NCBI RefSeq assembly: GCF_037042905.1
Contig: NC_087250.1
Span: forward strand, 12,960,001-13,024,000
DNA from: Lytechinus pictus
Taxonomy: Eukaryota
Length of the DNA stretch: 64,000 bases
Direction of reading: 5' to 3'
Part shown: piece by piece, positions 60,321 to 64,000 of the stretch
Numbering within the stretch: position 1 is the first letter of the stretch
Layout of the letters: each line of letters begins with the position of its first letter
Notes under the pieces: model-generated
What the model was told of the DNA's origin: nothing
What the model saw: the letters and a program-made list of their open reading frames with translations, nothing else
Databases searched by the model: none
Program-made: the position numbers and the translations under genes

Positions 60321-63096
60321 CTATCACAGAGTGATACCACAGGAGTCCTGTAGTAATTCCTTATACAGTTTTGTACAACAGAAGTATCACACAGGTACGA
60401 CAGAGTACCATTAAGGTATTGCATGAAATTTTCATATTTTTATGTACCACAGAAGTATGACAGAACTATCACAGAGTGATACCACAGAAGTCCTGTTGTA
60501 ATTCTATATACAGTTTTGTACAACAGCAGTATCACACAGGTACGACAGAGTACCATTAAGGTATTGCATGAAATTTTCATATTTTCCTGTACCACAGAAG
60601 TATGACAGAACTATCACAGAGTGATACCACAGAAGTCCTGTTGTAATTCTATATACAGTTTTGTACAACAGAAGTATCACACAGGTACGACAGAGTACCA
60701 TTAAGGTATTGCAGGAAATTTTCATATTTTCCTGTACCACAGAAGTATGACAGAACTATCACAGAGTGATACCACAGAAGTCCTGTGGTAATTCTGAGGT
60801 ACCGTCGTGTATGACAGAAGTATCACACAGGTACAACAGAGTACCACTAAAGTACTGCAGGAATTTTTTGTAAGGGTTACATCAATATACTAGCGTCGGA
60901 CTGTACGCGCACAGAAGCTGACTCCGGGATCTTTCGGAGGGGATCAATAGTTGCAGTTACCGATTATCTGCAAGTGCTCAGAAAATTCCACTGTAGATTG
61001 TAGGTCCTAAATATGCAGCTTATAAGTACTGTGCCAGATCACTAGATATTCTGAAATTTAATTGTCTATATCCACTATCCAGTCCAAATTCTGCCAGATT
61101 CTTCAAAAATTGAAGGAAGCAGACTACACAGACATGACAGAAGGAGTCCGACGTCGCGACTAATTCTGCGCATCAGAATAGTATGGTATTCTTAAATAGG
61201 CACATTTGATGCTTGCATGTATTTCCTTCTTCAATTTCTTCTAGTTATGTGACGGTAGGCCTATGACATATCTCGTACTTACTGTGAAAGGCCTAGCCAG
61301 CTGCAAAGGACGAGGGCGTTTCTGGAAATTCTGGTCTTAAACTACATTTTTTTCTTGTTTTTCTCCTTTATTTTCTATATTATCGACACATTTGCATCCC
61401 CCGGTGCATGCAGCCTCTCTATATTCTACCCCATCTTTATTTTTGTTTTCCCCTTATAGACTTAGTTTTAGTTCCTCTTTCCCTTCCCATTATTTTCCTT
61501 CTCTCTCGATTTCTTTTCCCCTTATTGCTGGGGGATACCAAGGGTGACATGGATAGACAAGCAAACTTACTTGATCGACCCCCCCCCCCTTGGCCCCATT
61601 GGAAATTATGCGAGTAGTCTTGTCTTGTCTTGTCTTGGGTTAAGTCGGCATATGCAGACTTGCTTTACTCCGCCAACTTTATCAATTATCAATTCTCCAA
61701 TGAACCAGTTTCTAACGTTCTCAACACATTATGCCGGGATATTATGTTGACTGTCAAACAAATATCCAACAAACTATAGTTTCCAACATTGTGTCAATGT
61801 TAAATGTCAACAACTCTCCAATAAACTATTCCAATTACGCTGTCCACGTTGTGCCATTGTCCGTTGTTCAACAACTCTCCATCAAACTAGTTTCCAACTT
61901 TGTCAACGTTGTGCCATTGTCGACTGTCCAACAAATCTCCAAGAAAATAGTTTCCAACGTTGTTCCTTTGTCGGTTGTTCAGCAACTCTCCATCGAACTA
62001 GTTTCCAACGTAGTCAACGCTGTGCCTTTGTTGGCTGTTCAACACCTATCCAATCAAACACGCGTTTCCAACGTTGTGACGTTGTTGGCTGTCCAACAAA
62101 TCTCCAACACACTAGTTTCCAATGTTGTGCCATTGTCTGTTGTTCAACAACTTTCCAACGTTGCCAACGTTGTGTCATCGTCGACTATCCTACTGATCTC
62201 CAATCTACCAGTTTCCAACGTTGTGCCAGTGTCAGTTGTTCAACAACCTCCCATCTAACTAGTTTCCAGCTTTATCAACGTTGTGTCATTGTATACTATC
62301 TAACTAATCTCCAATCTACCAGTTTCCAACGTTGTGCCATCGTCGACTATCCAACAAATCTCCATCGAACTAGTTTCTAGCTTTGACAACGTTGTGCCAT
62401 AGTTGGTTGTTCAACAACTTTCCATCGAACTATAGTTTCCAACGTTGCCAACCCTGTGTCATCGTCGACTATCCAACTAATCTCCAACCTACTAGTTTCC
62501 ATCGTTGTGCCATTGTCGACTGTCCAACAACTCTCCAACTAACAAGTTTCCAACGTTGCCAACGTCGTGTCATTGTTGATTGTTCAACAACTTTCCAGCG
62601 AACTAGTTTCCAACGTTGCCAACGTGTGCCTTTGCTGGCTGTCAACAACTATCCAATCAAACGTGTCTCCAACGTTGTGACATTGTCGACTGTCCAACAA
62701 CTCTCCAACTTACTAGTCTCCAACGTTGTGCCATTGTCGACCGTCCAACAAATCTCCAACAAACTAGTTTCCAACTTTGTCAACGTTGTGCCATTGTCGG
62801 TTGTTCAACAACTTTCCAGCGAACTAGTTTCCAACGTTGCCAACGTTGTGCCTTTGCTGGCTGTTCAACAACTATCCAATCAAACGTGTTTCCAACGTTG
62901 TGACATTGTCGACTGTCCAACAACTCTCCAACTAACAAGTTTCCAACGTTGCCAACTTCGTGTCATTGTTGATTGTCCATCATCTTTCCATCAAACTAGT
63001 TTCCAACGTCGATTCAACGTTAATCCATCAAGTTTTTCCAACGTCCAACGACTTTCAAGTTTCCAACGTGGAGCCAACGTTGGCTTGTTACCTGGG

Positions 63097-63362
63097 TTAC
63101 TTCGAAGAGAACAAGCATATTCCACCATTGAACGTGAGTGTTAAGCCATAATTTGGGCTGTAAGAAAGTTCGAGCCATACTTATATGGTAGACAATTTGT
63201 GCTCGAAACTGATCATCAACCATTAACCTACATGAATAGTGTAAACCCAGCCAATATGGGAGGCTGATGCGCTGGATCTTAGCATTGCAAGCTTACAGAT
63301 TTCGCGTAGAAGCGATTCGCGGCAGCGACAATGTCGGAGCAGACGTATTGAGTAGGTTGTGA
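63097..63362 (+). pseudogene. pol: pol, 3' remainder: RNase H C-terminal part
   Basis: [45 protein letters not shown]../GRLMRWILALQAYRFRVEAIRGSDNVGADVLSRL*. Confidence 0.92.
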
Positions 63363-63393
63363 AAAAAAAAAGTAAAAGTAAGAGCATTTTATC

Positions 63394-63404
63394 GAAGAGG
63401 GGAG
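63394..63404 (+). promoter_or_regulatory. Polypurine tract
   Basis: GAAGAGGGGAG lies just upstream of the 3' LTR start TGTCACA at 63410. Confidence 0.8.
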
Positions 63405-63409
63405 TAAAA

Positions 63410-63688
63410 TGTCACATTGAAAATGCATTTATTTTATTTTATGTATTTTCCTCAGCAAAGCTTGCTTATTTTATCTAAGTTTCACTCCTCAGCCAGGTTG
63501 CTAAGAGACAAGGAGTAGATCTTATGCAAGAGTGAGTAGGAGATGAAAGAAGTATGTGAGAGATTCTTTTTGCTAGAATTGAATTGAGATAATTTGCATA
63601 TCTATTGTGTGTTGTGTCCAGGGTGGTAGACTTGTATAGATCCCTTTTAGTGAGCTCAGTGAGCCTTTTCTTTTTAACAGCTGCTTAA
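63410..63688 (+). repeat. 3' LTR, first 279 bp (interrupted at TTAA)
   Basis: Matches 27259-27537 with 3 substitutions by eye; identity stops abruptly after CTGCTTAA. Confidence 0.93.
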
Positions 63689-64000
63689 AGTTGAATTAAG
63701 AAGGGGGTGAGTTTCCATAAATATAGGTTCTACATACAATATATAGTATATATAAGTTGTTCAAACACATAGCATGTCACAATAATCCTCTGCCTTCTCG
63801 ATATTTTGCTTTGAAAGTCTATGAAATTAGCCACCTGTCAGAGCCCGAGAGACGAGTGTACAGAAAAGTCACTCGGAGTGTGACGTCACCGGGGGGAATT
63901 TAGTATAAGAGGTGCCTGAATGTCATACAGAAATGCTATGCAGAGAGAGAAAGATATTTTACAATTTTTTTTCAAAGCAACTCAAATCAAACAAATAGGA
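63689..64000. mobile_element. Probable left end of a TTAA-targeting (Kolobok-like, AG-terminal) element inserted in the 3' LTR
   Basis: The LTR match ends exactly at TTAA and new sequence starts AGTTGAATTAAG; the other end is not in the window. Confidence 0.5.

Larger units (their letters stand above)
36781..60876. mobile_element. 24.1-kb CCC-terminal DNA element (EnSpm/CMC-like, TSD TT) nested in the 29.4-kb element
   Basis: TIRs CCCTTACAAAAAATTCCTGTAGTACT / AGTACTGCAGGAATTTTTTGTAAGGG (25/26), with TT on both sides. AGTACT/CAGGA-rich subterminal arrays include 35-bp (about 37220-37430) and 145-bp (60321-60800) tandem units. Confidence 0.92.
33742..63096. mobile_element. 29.4-kb CCC-terminal DNA element (animal EnSpm/CMC-like, 2-bp TSD TT) splitting RNase H
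   Basis: TIRs CCCAGGGAACAA / TTGTTACCTGGG (11/12), with TT on both sides. Dense CAACGTTG subterminal arrays at about 33750-34780 and 61670-63085. Excision restores YASRK|[15 protein letters not shown]. Confidence 0.92.
27259..63688 (+). mobile_element. Gmr1-like Ty3/Gypsy LTR retrotransposon, defective, carrying about 30 kb of nested insertions
   Basis: 5' LTR 27259-28757, tRNA-Pro PBS, gag-PR-IN-RT-RH, PPT, and 3' LTR starting at 63410. Confidence 0.95.

Noticed and set aside
61731..63144. Long ORFs of 175-253 aa (VSNVVPLS.., TSFQRCQ..), and similarly 59547-60199 and 24028-24405
   Set aside because: They arise from CAACGTTG, CAACTGG and TTCGTAATTCCG repeat arrays; only the last residues ([15 protein letters not shown]) are genuine RNase H.

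Overview
AT-rich, intron-containing animal genomic DNA. The MITE and SINE styles suggest a marine invertebrate deuterostome such as a sea urchin; this is an inference, not a demonstration. Host genes, all on the + strand: (1) the last three coding exons of a LIV-1-type ZIP (SLC39A) metal transporter (298-3411); (2) a complete six-exon, secreted pancreatic-lipase-family gene with a very short lid and no PLAT domain (11426-15857); (3) signal-peptide, WSC-domain and Ser/Thr-linker exons (22254-25026), with the WSC exon knocked out by a MITE, followed directly by exons of a second ZIP paralog (25774-26417). The rest of the window lies after that ZIP exon's splice donor, presumably in one intron, and is a deep transposon nest. 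A palindrome of two tRNA-like genes with a UCA anticodon (26996-27258) is split by a Gmr1-type Gypsy LTR retrotransposon (PR-IN-RT-RH order, 27259 to at least 63688). Its RNase H is split by a 29.4-kb CCC-terminal DNA element with a 2-bp TSD (33742-63096). That element contains a 24.1-kb element of the same class, which in turn contains a fossil two-gene Harbinger, several hAT-type elements and a third CCC element. All coordinates were read by eye. Superfamily assignments rest on termini, TSD length and short motifs, not on database searches.
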